A stretch of DNA of 64,000 nucleotides from an uncultured Chloroflexia bacterium (GTDB lineage: Bacteria; Chloroflexota; Limnocylindria; Limnocylindrales; CSP1-4), in contig CAVYBU010000007.1 of assembly GCA_963766735.1 (NCBI GenBank), forward strand, positions 64,001 through 128,000, in the 5' to 3' direction. A program made the translations under genes and the position numbers. Positions 42,930-52,885 of the stretch are shown here, piece by piece (position 1 is the first letter of the stretch; the number at the start of each line of letters is the position of its first letter). The notes beneath the pieces are model-generated. The model made no database searches, was not told the origin of the DNA, and was given only the letters and a program-made list of their open reading frames with translations.

Positions 42930-43523
42930 GTGATCGCCTCCGTCGAGGGCACGGTCGGTGCCATCACTGCAGACTCGCTCGTCCTCGAGGTCGGCGGGAT
43001 CGGCTACCAGGTGTATGCGGCCCCTGCGGTCCTGGCCACCGCCACCGCCGGCGGCAGGCTCAAGCTCCACACGTACCATCTCGTCCGCGAGGACCAGCAA
43101 TCGCTGTTCGGGTTCCGGAACGCAGAGGAGCTCGGGTTCTTCAACCTGCTGCTGACGGTGACCGGCGTCGGGCCGAAGGTGGCCCTGGCCATCGTCGGCT
43201 CCCGGCCCACCGCGGACCTCCAGCTTGCGATCCTCCAGCAGGACCAGGCGGTGCTGGTCTCGATCCCCGGGATCGGCAGGAAGCTCGCCGAGCGGATCAT
43301 CTTCGAGCTCAAGGAGAAGGTCTCCGCCGCGGGCGTGGCGGCCGGCTCCTCGGCGGCGTTCTCCTCGGCCTCCGAGGGTGAGGTCGTAGCCGCGCTGCAG
43401 GCCCTGGGCTACTCGCTGGGCGAGGCACGCGAGGCATCCCGGCTGGCCGTCAACGACCCGGCCGTGGGCGCGGGTCTCGAGGACCGCGTGAAGGCGGCGC
43501 TCCGGACGCTGCTCCGGGACTGA
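42930..43523 (+). CDS. ruvA: Holliday junction branch migration protein
   Basis: [38 protein letters not shown]. Confidence 0.96.
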   Translation: MIASVEGTVGAITADSLVLEVGGIGYQVYAAPAVLATATAGGRLKLHTYHLVREDQQSLFGFRNAEELGFFNLLLTVTGVGPKVALAIVGSRPTADLQLAILQQDQAVLVSIPGIGRKLAERIIFELKEKVSAAGVAAGSSAAFSSASEGEVVAALQALGYSLGEAREASRLAVNDPAVGAGLEDRVKAALRTLLRD

Positions 43524-43664
43524 GCCGGGCAAAACGGGTCCACATGCCGCCTGCGCATCCTCATGGCGTCCCGATCCCAGGGTCGCTAGAGTCGGCCAAT
43601 GCGGATCGTCCCTGCGATCAATCCCGGGCGCGGGGGCGGCCGAGGAAGAACACCCTGATCAGAC

Positions 43665-43678
43665 AGAACATCCGTACC
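43665..43678 (+). promoter_or_regulatory. Candidate LexA (SOS) box upstream of ruvB
   Basis: AGAACATCCGTACC resembles Gram-positive/Chloroflexi GAAC-N4-GTTC (one mismatch) and sits in the -35 region of a TAGACT -10. Confidence 0.55.
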
Positions 43679-43710
43679 ATTTGCGCACGAAACCTGCTAG
43701 ACTGCCGCCG

Positions 43711-44784
43711 ATGACGGACGATCCCATGAGCCTGCTCGCGGCCGGCGCCGCTGACCCCGAGGACCTGGTGGTCGAGGGGTCGCTGCGCCCACGAACCCTG
43801 GACGAGTACATCGGCCAGCGAGAGGTCAAGGCCAGCCTGTCGGTCCTTCTGCAGGCGGCGAAGGGACGCGGCGAGGCGGCGGACCACGTGCTGCTCTATG
43901 GCCCTCCCGGCCTGGGCAAGACCACGCTCGCCACGATCATTGCCCGTGAGCTGGGGGTCAACGTCCGCTACACGAGCGGGCCGGCAGTGGAACGGGCGGG
44001 GGACCTGGCAGCGATCCTGACGTCGCTGGACGAGAGGGACGTCCTGTTCATCGACGAGATCCATCGCCTCAATCGCGCGGTGGAGGAGATCCTCTACCCG
44101 GCGATGGAGGATTTCGCGCTCGACGTGATGATCGGCAAGGGTCCCAGCGCACGCAGCCTGCGGCTGAGCCTCAAGCCGTTCACGGTCGTCGGCGCCACCA
44201 CGCGCGCCGGGCGCATCAGCGGGCCGTTGCGGGACCGGTTCGGCATGACCTACCGCCTCGATTTCTACGGCGAGGACGACCTGACGGCGATCGTGCGCAG
44301 ATCCGCCGGGATCCTGGGCGTGGAGGTGGACGCGGACGCCGCGCGCCTCATCGCGATGCGCGGGCGGGGCACCCCGCGGATCGTCAACCGGTTGCTGCGT
44401 CGCGTCCGTGATCACGCGGAGGTCTTCGGGGACGGGACGGTCCACGTCGGGCAGGTTGCCGAGGCGATGACGATCCTGGACATCGACGACCTCGGGCTGG
44501 ACACGACGGATCGGAAGCTGCTGGCGGCGATCGTCCAGAAGTTCCAGTCCGGTCCCGTGGGCGTCCAGGCGCTGGCCGCCGTCCTGGCGGAGGAGCCGGA
44601 GACCATCGAGGACGTCTACGAGCCGTTCCTCCTGCGCCTCGGCTTCCTTGACCGCACCCCGCAGGGACGGATCGCCACCGAGGCCGCCCGCTCCCATCTC
44701 GCGTCCCTGGGTTTCGATGTCCCCGTGCCTCGGCGCGCGGAACCGGACATGCCGGCCCTGTGGGACGACCTGACGCCGCGCTGA
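43711..44784 (+). CDS. ruvB: Holliday junction branch migration ATPase
   Basis: [44 protein letters not shown]. Confidence 0.97.
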   Translation: MTDDPMSLLAAGAADPEDLVVEGSLRPRTLDEYIGQREVKASLSVLLQAAKGRGEAADHVLLYGPPGLGKTTLATIIARELGVNVRYTSGPAVERAGDLAAILTSLDERDVLFIDEIHRLNRAVEEILYPAMEDFALDVMIGKGPSARSLRLSLKPFTVVGATTRAGRISGPLRDRFGMTYRLDFYGEDDLTAIVRRSAGILGVEVDADAARLIAMRGRGTPRIVNRLLRRVRDHAEVFGDGTVHVGQVAEAMTILDIDDLGLDTTDRKLLAAIVQKFQSGPVGVQALAAVLAEEPETIEDVYEPFLLRLGFLDRTPQGRIATEAARSHLASLGFDVPVPRRAEPDMPALWDDLTPR

Positions 44785-44798
44785 GCGGGGGACCCACC

Positions 44799-45960
44799 AT
44801 GCCCGGCGCCGCCAGCTTCGAGGTGCTCGTCCCGCCGCCCGGGGACGGCTCCACCCGCGCCCGCCTCGGCCGGTTGACGCTGCCCCACGGTGTCGTGGAG
44901 ACGCCGCAGTTCATGCCCGTCGGTACCAACGCCACGGTGAAGGCGCTCCATCCGGACGAGGTGGAGGCCGCGGGCGCGAGCATCCTCCTCGCCAATACCT
45001 ACCACCTGTACCTGCGGCCCGGCCATGAGCGCATCGAGCGCCTGGGCGGACTCCATCGGTTCATGGGCTGGGACAAGCCCATCCTCACGGACTCGGGCGG
45101 CTACCAGGTGGTCTCGCTCGGCGAGCTGCGATCGATCGACGATGGCGGGGCCACCTTCAAGAGCCACCTCGACGGGTCGACGCACCGGTTCACGCCGGAG
45201 CACTCGATCGCGGTCCAGCAGGCGCTCGGGACCGGACGTCGCCGTGGTCCTGGACCAGCCCGTGTTTCCCAGCGAGCCGCGGGCCGTCGTGGAGGACGCG
45301 ATGCACCGCACCCATCGCTGGGCCGTTCGATCGCTCGACGCGCATACCCGGACGGACCAGGCGCTGTTCGGCATCGTCCAGGGTGGGCTGGACCCGGAGC
45401 TGCGGGAGGAGTCGGCCAAGTTCGTCAGAGCGCTCCCGTTCGACGGCATCAACATCGGTGGTCTTGCCGGCGACGAGACGCCCGACCAGCGCAACGAGGC
45501 GCTGGACGCCACGGTCCGGCACCTGGATGGTGATCCGAGGCCGCGGTACCTGATGGGCCTCGGGTCCCCGCTGGACCTGCTCGAAGCGGTTCACCGCGGC
45601 ATGGACCTGTTCGACTCGGTGCTGCCGGCGCGCGTCGCGCGCAACGGCCAGCTGTGGATCCCTGGCGGACGCCTGAACCTGCGCAACGAGCAGTTCCGGG
45701 ACGATCCGGAACCCGTCCAGGACGGATGCCCGTGTCCGCTCTGCACCCGGTTCTCCAGGGCGTATCTCGCCCACCTGTTCCGGGCCAAGGAGATGCTGGC
45801 GTACCGGCTCGCGACTTGTCACAACCTCACCTTCACCCTAGACTTCATGGACAGGATCCGGTGCGCGCTGCGTGCCGGAACCTTCCCCGTCGAACTGCCG
45901 GAGTTGCGCCGTCGCGCGGTCCGGATGAGTGGCGGTGAAGCCGCCGCAAAGCCGGCGTGA
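44799..45960 (+). CDS. tgt: tRNA-guanine transglycosylase, +1 frameshift near 45230
   Basis: [14 protein letters not shown] and TDSGGYQ, then GIVQGG, PRYLMG, DLFDSV and CPCPLC; extra base at CTCGGGACCG. Confidence 0.93.
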
Positions 45961-45999
45961 AGTCCGTGGCAGTAGCGTCTGTGCACGTGGAGGCGAGCG

Positions 46000-46158
46000 A
46001 TGGGTTCACGAGACCGCCCCTCGAAGGAAGTCAAGAAGAAGCCCAAGGACAAGTCGACCCAGGCGAAGCTGGCGCCGCTTTCCGAGGCTCCGCAGCAGGC
46101 GGAGCTCATCCGGAAGGAACGCAAGCCTCGGCGGGAGACATCGTCCGACGAGAGCTGA
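46000..46158 (+). CDS. Small basic hypothetical protein (52 aa)
   Basis: GGAGG SD 6 nt before ATG; MGSRDRPSKEVKKKPKDKSTQAKLAPLSEAPQQAELIRKERKPRRETSSDES; GC-rich third positions; absent from the ORF track. Confidence 0.7.
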   Translation: MGSRDRPSKEVKKKPKDKSTQAKLAPLSEAPQQAELIRKERKPRRETSSDES

Positions 46159-46224
46159 CACCGCCGATCCGGGACCGGGTCCCGCTCCGTCGGGTTGGCT
46201 GAAGCCGGCAGGAGCGAGGACACG

Positions 46225-47292
46225 ATGGCCAACAACGGCAGGGACGCTGTCCCGCAGGTGACAGAGAAGGCGCTGGCCGAGCGTGGGCGCGCGGTCGATG
46301 CCGCGATCCTGACGATCGAGAAGCAGTTCGGTCGCGGATCGATCATGAAGCTCGGTTCGCGCGAACGGCAGGCCGTGGACTCGATCCCCACGGGATCCAT
46401 CGCGCTGGACCTCGCGCTGGGCGTCGGGGGCATTCCGCGCGGTCGCATCACAGAGATCTTCGGACCGGAGTCGTCGGGCAAGACGACCGTCTGCCAGCAC
46501 GTCATCGCGGAGGCGCAGCGCAGGGGCGGGATCGCCGCGTTCATCGACGTCGAGCACGCGCTGGACCCTGCCTACGCACGCGCCTGCGGCGTCAACGTGG
46601 ATGAGCTCCTCGTCTCGCAGCCGGACACCGGGGAGCAGGCGCTCGAGATCACCGAGACCCTCATCCGCTCCGGCGGCGTGGATATCGTCGTCGTGGACTC
46701 CGTTGCGGCGCTCGTGCCGCGGGCGGAGATCGAGGGCGAGATGGGCGACAGCTTCGTGGGCATCCAGGCGCGGCTGATGAGCCAGGCTCTGCGGAAGCTG
46801 ACGGGCGCGGTCAGCCGCTCCAACACCTCGCTGGTCTTCACCAACCAGCTGCGCGAGAAGATCGGCGTCATGTTCGGCAATCCTGAGACGACGCCCGGCG
46901 GCCGGGCACTGAAGTTCTACGCCTCGGTCCGCCTGGACATCCGCCGCATCGAGACCATCAAGACCGGCACCGATTCCGTTGGCAACCGGGTCCGCGTCAA
47001 GGTCGTCAAGAACAAGGTCTCGCCGCCGTTCCGCGTTGCCGAGTTCGACGTGATGTATGGCGAGGGCATCTCCAAGGAGGGTGGGCTTCTGGACGTCGGC
47101 GTGGCGATGGACGTCGTCACGAAGACGGGCGCCTGGTTCACGTTCGGCGATACGCGCCTGGGCCAGGGCCGTGAGGCCTCCAAGGAGTTCCTCAAGGGGA
47201 ATGCGGACCTCTCTGCCGAGATCGACCGGCGCATCCGGGCCAAGATGGCCGACGTGGATCTCCCGGTCGAGGGCATCGAAGAGGCCGAGTAG
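46225..47292 (+). CDS. recA: Recombinase A
   Basis: [43 protein letters not shown]. Confidence 0.99.
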   Translation: MANNGRDAVPQVTEKALAERGRAVDAAILTIEKQFGRGSIMKLGSRERQAVDSIPTGSIALDLALGVGGIPRGRITEIFGPESSGKTTVCQHVIAEAQRRGGIAAFIDVEHALDPAYARACGVNVDELLVSQPDTGEQALEITETLIRSGGVDIVVVDSVAALVPRAEIEGEMGDSFVGIQARLMSQALRKLTGAVSRSNTSLVFTNQLREKIGVMFGNPETTPGGRALKFYASVRLDIRRIETIKTGTDSVGNRVRVKVVKNKVSPPFRVAEFDVMYGEGISKEGGLLDVGVAMDVVTKTGAWFTFGDTRLGQGREASKEFLKGNADLSAEIDRRIRAKMADVDLPVEGIEEAE

Positions 47293-47299
47293 GTCGTCG

Positions 47300-47911
47300 G
47301 TGGAGGCGGACCAGCCCGCGCGGAGGCGCAAGGCGACGTTCGCGGAACGTCGTGATCGTCGCGCCGCCGTCGAAGACGTCGGCGAGGTGCTGGACGCGGC
47401 TGCGCGGTATCTCGAGGCCCGACCGCGGTCCGTCGCCGAGGTCCGCCGGAGACTGACCACGGCCGGGTACCGCCCTGACCTGGTCGAGGCGGCCGTCGAG
47501 CGGCTGGTCGACCTGCAGTACCTCGATGACGACGCTTTCGCGCGCGCGTGGGTCGAATCCCGCGATCGGGCACGGCCACGCGGCGAGCATGCGCTGCGGC
47601 GAGAGCTGCAGTTGAAGGGCGTGGAGCGCTCGCTGATTGACACGGTTCTCGAGGAGCGCCGCGACCTGGGGCTCGTTGATCGGGCGGTGGCGGGTGACGG
47701 CTTCGCTGATCGAACGACCGAGGGCGTCGACGACGCGGCAGCTGCGAGGCTCCTCCGCCGCCGGGGCCCTTCGCTGTTGCGCGAAGCGGACCCGCGTCGG
47801 CGTCGGGCGAAGGCGTACGCGCTCCTGGCACGAAACGGGTTCACCCCGGACGTGTGTGCCGCCGCGGCGACGGCCTGGCTCGCCGGCGACGATCCCGGCG
47901 AAGGGTCCTAG
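47300..47911 (+). CDS. recX: Regulatory protein RecX
   Basis: RYLEARPRS..EVRRRL, YLDDDAFA, ELQLKGV, LARNGF; follows recA. Confidence 0.9.
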   Translation: MEADQPARRRKATFAERRDRRAAVEDVGEVLDAAARYLEARPRSVAEVRRRLTTAGYRPDLVEAAVERLVDLQYLDDDAFARAWVESRDRARPRGEHALRRELQLKGVERSLIDTVLEERRDLGLVDRAVAGDGFADRTTEGVDDAAAARLLRRRGPSLLREADPRRRRAKAYALLARNGFTPDVCAAAATAWLAGDDPGEGS

Positions 47912-47966
47912 CCCGATCCCAGGTGCGGATCCGAGGTCCGGATGGGCATCGTCGGTCCCGGCATCA

Positions 47967-48007
47967 TTGAAGGGTTCCGCGTCCACGGAGACCCAATAGG
48001 AGTGAGC
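47967..48007 (+). promoter_or_regulatory. Putative ECF promoter, copy 1
   Basis: TTGAA-N18-GACCC-N5-GAGTGAGC. Confidence 0.7.
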
Positions 48008-48050
48008 GTCCCGCAGATGAAGCCGGCGCACGTCGCCGGAGGAGGTCGAG

Positions 48051-48536
48051 ATGCGGACGTTCATCACGCTCGTGGCGGCTGCGGCCGTCCTCACCCTGGC
48101 GCTCGCGCCAGTTGCAGCGGCCAAGACGACTCGGGTGCAAGTCGAGGGCTATGAGACGCTGTCCGAGGTCGTGTCCGAGGGCTCGATGTCCATGGCCGGC
48201 AGCGTGGTCTCGGTCCGCGGCATTGTCTGGATCTACACGCAGACCGGACACCAGATGCTCTCCGGAACGGACAGGGTCGTGATCAACTACGACCTCGACC
48301 TCGCCACGGGATCCGGCGAGCTGTGGGGCAAGAACCGCATCGACCCCACCGCATACCCGGGCGGCCACTTCGATTGCTCGTGGCACGGGACGTTCGTCGA
48401 CTACGCGTGGACGGGCAAGGTCGTCTGCCACGGGGACGGGTCGCTGAGGGGCTGGCAGCTGCGCCTGGCTCTCCTGCCGGAACCCGGCGGCGAAGCCGAT
48501 ACCACCGTTGGCTTCGCATTCCTGCCGGGCCACTGA
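48051..48536 (+). CDS. Secreted beta-rich hypothetical protein
   Basis: GGAGG SD; signal peptide MRTFITLVAAAAVLTLALAPVAAA; ELWG...SWHG...GDGSLRG, loosely similar to the neighbouring domains. Confidence 0.85.
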   Translation: MRTFITLVAAAAVLTLALAPVAAAKTTRVQVEGYETLSEVVSEGSMSMAGSVVSVRGIVWIYTQTGHQMLSGTDRVVINYDLDLATGSGELWGKNRIDPTAYPGGHFDCSWHGTFVDYAWTGKVVCHGDGSLRGWQLRLALLPEPGGEADTTVGFAFLPGH

Positions 48537-48625
48537 TCACTCGTCCCTGGCCAACCGCACGCAGACGGTCCCGGTCGGTCCGGGGCCGTCTTCGTGACGC
48601 CAGGTTCCGATTGTGAGCTCCGGAA

Positions 48626-48666
48626 TTGAAGGGATCAGGCCCCGCTGTGACCCGTCAAGGGTGGGC
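48626..48666 (+). promoter_or_regulatory. Putative ECF promoter, copy 2
   Basis: TTGAA-N18-GACCC-N5-GGGTGGGC. Confidence 0.7.
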
Positions 48667-48710
48667 GTCCCGCAAAGCGAGCTGGCGCGCGATCGCCGAG
48701 GGAGGTTGAG

Positions 48711-49223
48711 ATGCAGAGGCGCATCACACTGGCTGCGGCGCTTGCCGCACTCGTGGCGGCGCTGGCCGGGTGTGCCGGAGCCGCTGTCCCGACCACGGTC
48801 CTGACTCCGGCGCCGAGCCTCGAGGCAACACCAGTCCCCACCGTGCCTGCGGTCGTGGAGGTGACCGGCAGCACCGGCACGTGTGGCCAGGACGGCGACT
48901 ACACCGTCTGTGACAACGTGACATCCTCCGACGAGCGGCTGGTCGGGACGTCCAGGTACGTCACCGACTGTCCGGAGACGGTGGACGGGGACACCACGGT
49001 CGCGGTCTGCTCGTTCCCCATCACCCTCACCAACGGGGACGGCACGTGGGAAGGGACGGTGGAGGGCACGTCCACGTGGAGCGTCGCCTCGCCTGCCCAC
49101 GTCCACGTGATGGACGCCACGTACCTGGGCACCGGAGCGTACGAAGGCCTCCGCTTCGTCCAGCACATCGAAGGCCTGGATTACCCCATGTCGTACACCG
49201 GACGCATCGAACCGGCGGGCTGA
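48711..49223 (+). CDS. Lipoprotein with beta-rich domain
   Basis: Lipobox LAGC, Pro/Thr linker, SDERLVG...GTWEG...HVMDATYLGTGAYEGLRF. Confidence 0.85.
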   Translation: MQRRITLAAALAALVAALAGCAGAAVPTTVLTPAPSLEATPVPTVPAVVEVTGSTGTCGQDGDYTVCDNVTSSDERLVGTSRYVTDCPETVDGDTTVAVCSFPITLTNGDGTWEGTVEGTSTWSVASPAHVHVMDATYLGTGAYEGLRFVQHIEGLDYPMSYTGRIEPAG

Positions 49224-49300
49224 GCACCTGGTGCGTTCCGGGCGCGTCAACGGGCGCGCCGGTCGCTTCCAACGGCACTGGACGCCGTGAGATTCGGCGT

Positions 49301-49341
49301 TTGAATAGAACGCGAGGGTCCGGGTCCCATGAGGAGTGAGC
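49301..49341 (+). promoter_or_regulatory. Putative ECF promoter, copy 3 (autoregulatory)
   Basis: TTGAA-N18-GTCCC-N5-GAGTGAGC upstream of the sigma gene. Confidence 0.65.
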
Positions 49342-49373
49342 ACCCGAGGGGGCGCTCGCACGGAGCAGGCAGG

Positions 49374-49922
49374 GTGGAGCACGACCTCGTCGAGCGAGCC
49401 AAGGGTGGCGACATGGAGGCATTCCAGGCCCTGGTGTACGAGTGCTCGGACCGGCTCTACGCGATCGCCCACCGGATCCTTCGCGACCCGGACCTCGCAC
49501 AGGATGCCCTGCAGCAGGCGCTCATCCGGCTGTGGGAGGATCTACCGAGCCTTCGAGATCCGTCCCGGTTCGACGCCTGGTCCTACCGGCTCGTCGTGCA
49601 CGCAACCTACCGGGAGGCCAAGCGCGAGCGGCGTTGGACGTCGCGGATCCGGGAGATCCGGGTCGAGCCACCGGCGGTCGACCGCGTCATGGACGTGGTC
49701 GACCGCGATGAGATCGAGCGACTCTTCAGGCGGCTGACACCCGAGCACCGGGCCGTTCTCGTGCTGCACTTCTTCGTCGGGCAGCCGATCTCGGAGGTCG
49801 CCGAGACGCTGGGTATCCCGGTGGGCACGGCCGGATCCCGGCTGCACTACGCGACGCGAAGTCTCCGTGCAGCATTCGAGGCCGACGTCCGGGCGGCCGT
49901 CGCCTGGAGGACCACGGCGTGA
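49374..49922 (+). CDS. ECF sigma-70 factor
   Basis: LVERAKGGDMEAF, AQDALQQ, FDAWSYR (region 2); LTPEHRAVLVL..EVAETLGIPVGT..SRL (region 4); GTG start inferred. Confidence 0.93.
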   Translation: MEHDLVERAKGGDMEAFQALVYECSDRLYAIAHRILRDPDLAQDALQQALIRLWEDLPSLRDPSRFDAWSYRLVVHATYREAKRERRWTSRIREIRVEPPAVDRVMDVVDRDEIERLFRRLTPEHRAVLVLHFFVGQPISEVAETLGIPVGTAGSRLHYATRSLRAAFEADVRAAVAWRTTA

Positions 49923-51093
49923 CGCGCGAGGAGCGGTTCGAGCAGCGGCTTGCCGACTGGCTGGAGGACGGGCCGTACGACACGCCGAAGGCCGTCATCG
50001 ACGCTGTGTTCGAACACGCACGCACGCATCCCCGTCGCCGCATCGGCCCCAGCCGCCTCTGGAAGGCCGTCAAAGCGCCGCGTGCACCCGGCCGAACGCG
50101 GTGCCGGGCGAACCGCACCCAGGCCTGATCTGGACGTTCGCGGCCGTCGGGATCACGGCTGTCCTCGCCGTTGCGACCCTCGGCGGCGTCGCCGCCCTGC
50201 TCAGCGGCAACCCGAGCGGGCTGCCGGTCGCCGGGACCGGCGCGACGCCAGGCCCGACCCCACTGTCGACGCCGACACCCGCACCGCTCGCCACGCCGCC
50301 GGTCTGGGTGACCGCGAGCACAACCTGCCCGGAGTCCGCTCCCGGCAGCGAATGGCGCGTCGGAGACGTCACCCACCTCCGTGGGATCCTGATCACCTGC
50401 ACGAACACTTCCTCAGACGCCCGCCTGGATGGGGTGGCGACCGTCGACCTCAACCTTGATCTTCGGGAGGACGAGAGCGCCGACATGTGGGGATCCGCCA
50501 CCATCGAGACCGACGGCGGCACCTGGCGGGGGTACTGGCTCGGGACCGTGGACGAGGGCTACACCACGCACCACATGGAGGGTGTCTACCTGGGCTCTGG
50601 AGGATACGAGGGCCTCCGCCTCCGGACCAGCCAGACGAGCGACGGGTCGGACGGTGTCATCACCGGCACGATCGAGGCCGTCGCCGCCCTGCCGACGGCG
50701 GGACCCACCGTCATCACCGGAGCGGGCTGCTCGACCGCGGACCCGGGGACGACGACCCAGGTCGGCGAGATGACCCGCTATCGCGGCGTCGTCCTGGAGT
50801 GCGGACCGAGCGTGCCGTCCGACCCACGTGTCGCCTCTGAGCTGGAGCGGATCGTGTTCGACATGGACGAGCAGGCCGACGGCAGCGCAACGATGACCGG
50901 GACCGGGACGCTCGCCAACGAGGGCGGGACCTGGTCGGGGTCGTGGACGGGGACGATCGCGGTTGGGTCCAGGACTCACCGGATGGAGGGCGTCTACACG
51001 GGTACCGGCGACTATGCCGGCCTCCAGTTCCGGTGGTCCCAGATCGGCGAAGGCCCCTACATCAGGTCCGGCGCCATCGTTCCGGCAGAGTAG
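49919..51093 (+). CDS. Putative membrane anti-sigma factor with two tandem extracellular beta-rich domains; frameshift near 50060-50125
   Basis: GTGA-coupled to the sigma stop; helical N-terminus MTREERFEQRLADWLEDGP; TM, PT linker and two SDxR...GTW.G.W.G...H.MEGVY.G.G.Y.GL repeats in another frame. Confidence 0.75.
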
Positions 51094-51163
51094 ACGCCAT
51101 CGGGGCTCGACACCGCGCCGCAATCTCGTCAGCCTGTTCCGGTCGAACGATGTAGGCTAGGCC

Positions 51164-51301
51164 GTCAACCGGACGCGGACCCAAGGCCGCTTCCGGGCGA
51201 GCCGCGGCTATCGGCCGGAATCAAGCGGAGCCCTCGTGGGCCCGCGCGACTCCAAGCCCAAGCGAACGTCGGTACCGCGTAGCCCGATCCTGTTTCTTGA
51301 C
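51164..51301 (+). ncRNA. Candidate structured RNA or leader upstream of rny
   Basis: Nested complementarity GTCAA/TTGAC, ACGCGGACC/GGTACCGCGT, CGCTT/AAGCG and GGGC/GCCC after -10-like TAGGCT (51153-51158). Confidence 0.35.
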
Positions 51302-51345
51302 AACGCCACCGGCCCATTCACCCGGCCGGTGGGGAGGAATCGAAG

Positions 51346-52872
51346 ATGGACGTAGTCGCTGTAGGCGCGGCTCTGATTGCCGTTGTCGTCGGCGTGGTCG
51401 CGGGATTCTTCGGCCGCGGCATGTGGGCGAGCCAGACCGTGAAGTCCGCCCAGGACAAGGCGGCGCGCATCGTGGCCGAGGCCCGCGCGCAGCAGAAGGA
51501 CATGATCCTCGAGGCGAAGGACGAGAAGCTGCGCGGGCAGCGCGAGGCCGAGGAAGAGGCTCGCCAGAAGCGAGCGGAGATCGGGAACCTCGAGCGGCGC
51601 CTCCTCGCGCGGGACGAGCAGCTCGACCAGCGGGCTGATCTGCTCGAGGAGAAGAGCCGCAAGATCAACGACCGCGAGCGTGAGATCGAGCACCAGCGCG
51701 AGGATCTCGGGCGGCTTGGCCAGGAGCGGATCGCGGCCCTGGAGCAGGTGTCGGGCATGTCGGTTGAGGACGCCAAGGGCAGCCTGCTCGAAGCCATCCG
51801 CGAAGAGGCCGAGCACGACGCGGTCAAGCTTGCCCGGTCCATCGAACGTCAGGCCCGCGACGAGGCCCAGGACAAGGCACGCGAGATCATCGTCACCGCG
51901 ATGCAGCGGGTGGCCGCGGACCACACGGCCGAGCACACGGTCTCGTCGGTGCACCTGCCGAGCGACGAGATGAAGGGCCGAATCATCGGCCGCGAGGGGC
52001 GCAACATTCGCGCCCTGGAGCAGGCCACGGGCGTGGACCTGATCATCGACGACACCCCCGAGACCGTGATCGTCTCCGGTTTCGATCCCGTGCGCAGGGA
52101 GGTCGCCCGCCTCGCCCTCACCAAGCTCATCGCCGACGGCCGGATCCACCCCGGGCGCATCGAGGAGGTCGTCGCCAAGGCTCGAGCCGAGGTGGACGTC
52201 GTGATCCGCGAGACGGGCGAGCAGGCCGCCTACGATGCGGGCGTTCCAGGGCTCCCGGCGGAGCTCACCAAGCTCCTCGGCCGTCTCAAGTACCGCACCT
52301 CCTACGGCCAGAGCGTGCTCGTTCACAGCGTTGAGACCAGCCGCGTCGCGGCGATCATCGCAGCGGAGCTGGGGGCAGACGTCCAGGCGGCCAAGATCGG
52401 AGGCCTGCTGCACGATATCGGGAAGGCCGTGGATCACGAGGTCGAAGGCCCGCACGCGGCCATCGGCGCCGCCATCGCCCAGAAGAACGGCCTGCCGTTC
52501 AAGGTCGTCAACGGCATCGCCGCGCATCACCAGGAGGTCGAGTACGCCTGCCTGGAGGCACCGATCGTCCAGGTCGCTGACGCGATATCCGCCTCCCGCC
52601 CCGGCGCTCGCGGGGAGACCATGCAGACGTACGTCAAGCGCCTCGAGGAGCTCCAGGAGGTGGCCGAGAGCTTCCCCGGCGTCGAGCGCTCATTCGCGGT
52701 CCAGGCCGGCCGAGAGGTCCGGATCCTCGTCCGTCCGGAGGAGATCGACGACCTGACCGCGAGCAGACTGGCGCGTGACATCGTCAAGAAGATCGAGGAC
52801 AACCTCACGTATCCGGGCCAGATCAAGGTGACGGTCATCCGCGAGACGCGGGCCGTCGAGTACGCGAAGTAG
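51346..52872 (+). CDS. rny: Ribonuclease Y
   Basis: N-terminal TM, coiled coil, KH domain [15 protein letters not shown] domain [15 protein letters not shown]. Confidence 0.97.
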   Translation: MDVVAVGAALIAVVVGVVAGFFGRGMWASQTVKSAQDKAARIVAEARAQQKDMILEAKDEKLRGQREAEEEARQKRAEIGNLERRLLARDEQLDQRADLLEEKSRKINDREREIEHQREDLGRLGQERIAALEQVSGMSVEDAKGSLLEAIREEAEHDAVKLARSIERQARDEAQDKAREIIVTAMQRVAADHTAEHTVSSVHLPSDEMKGRIIGREGRNIRALEQATGVDLIIDDTPETVIVSGFDPVRREVARLALTKLIADGRIHPGRIEEVVAKARAEVDVVIRETGEQAAYDAGVPGLPAELTKLLGRLKYRTSYGQSVLVHSVETSRVAAIIAAELGADVQAAKIGGLLHDIGKAVDHEVEGPHAAIGAAIAQKNGLPFKVVNGIAAHHQEVEYACLEAPIVQVADAISASRPGARGETMQTYVKRLEELQEVAESFPGVERSFAVQAGREVRILVRPEEIDDLTASRLARDIVKKIEDNLTYPGQIKVTVIRETRAVEYAK

Positions 52873-52885
52873 GGGAGCGATCGCA

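Noticed and set aside
43647-43660. Second LexA box AGAACACCCTGATC
   Set aside because: Five-base spacer and mismatched right half; too weak to call
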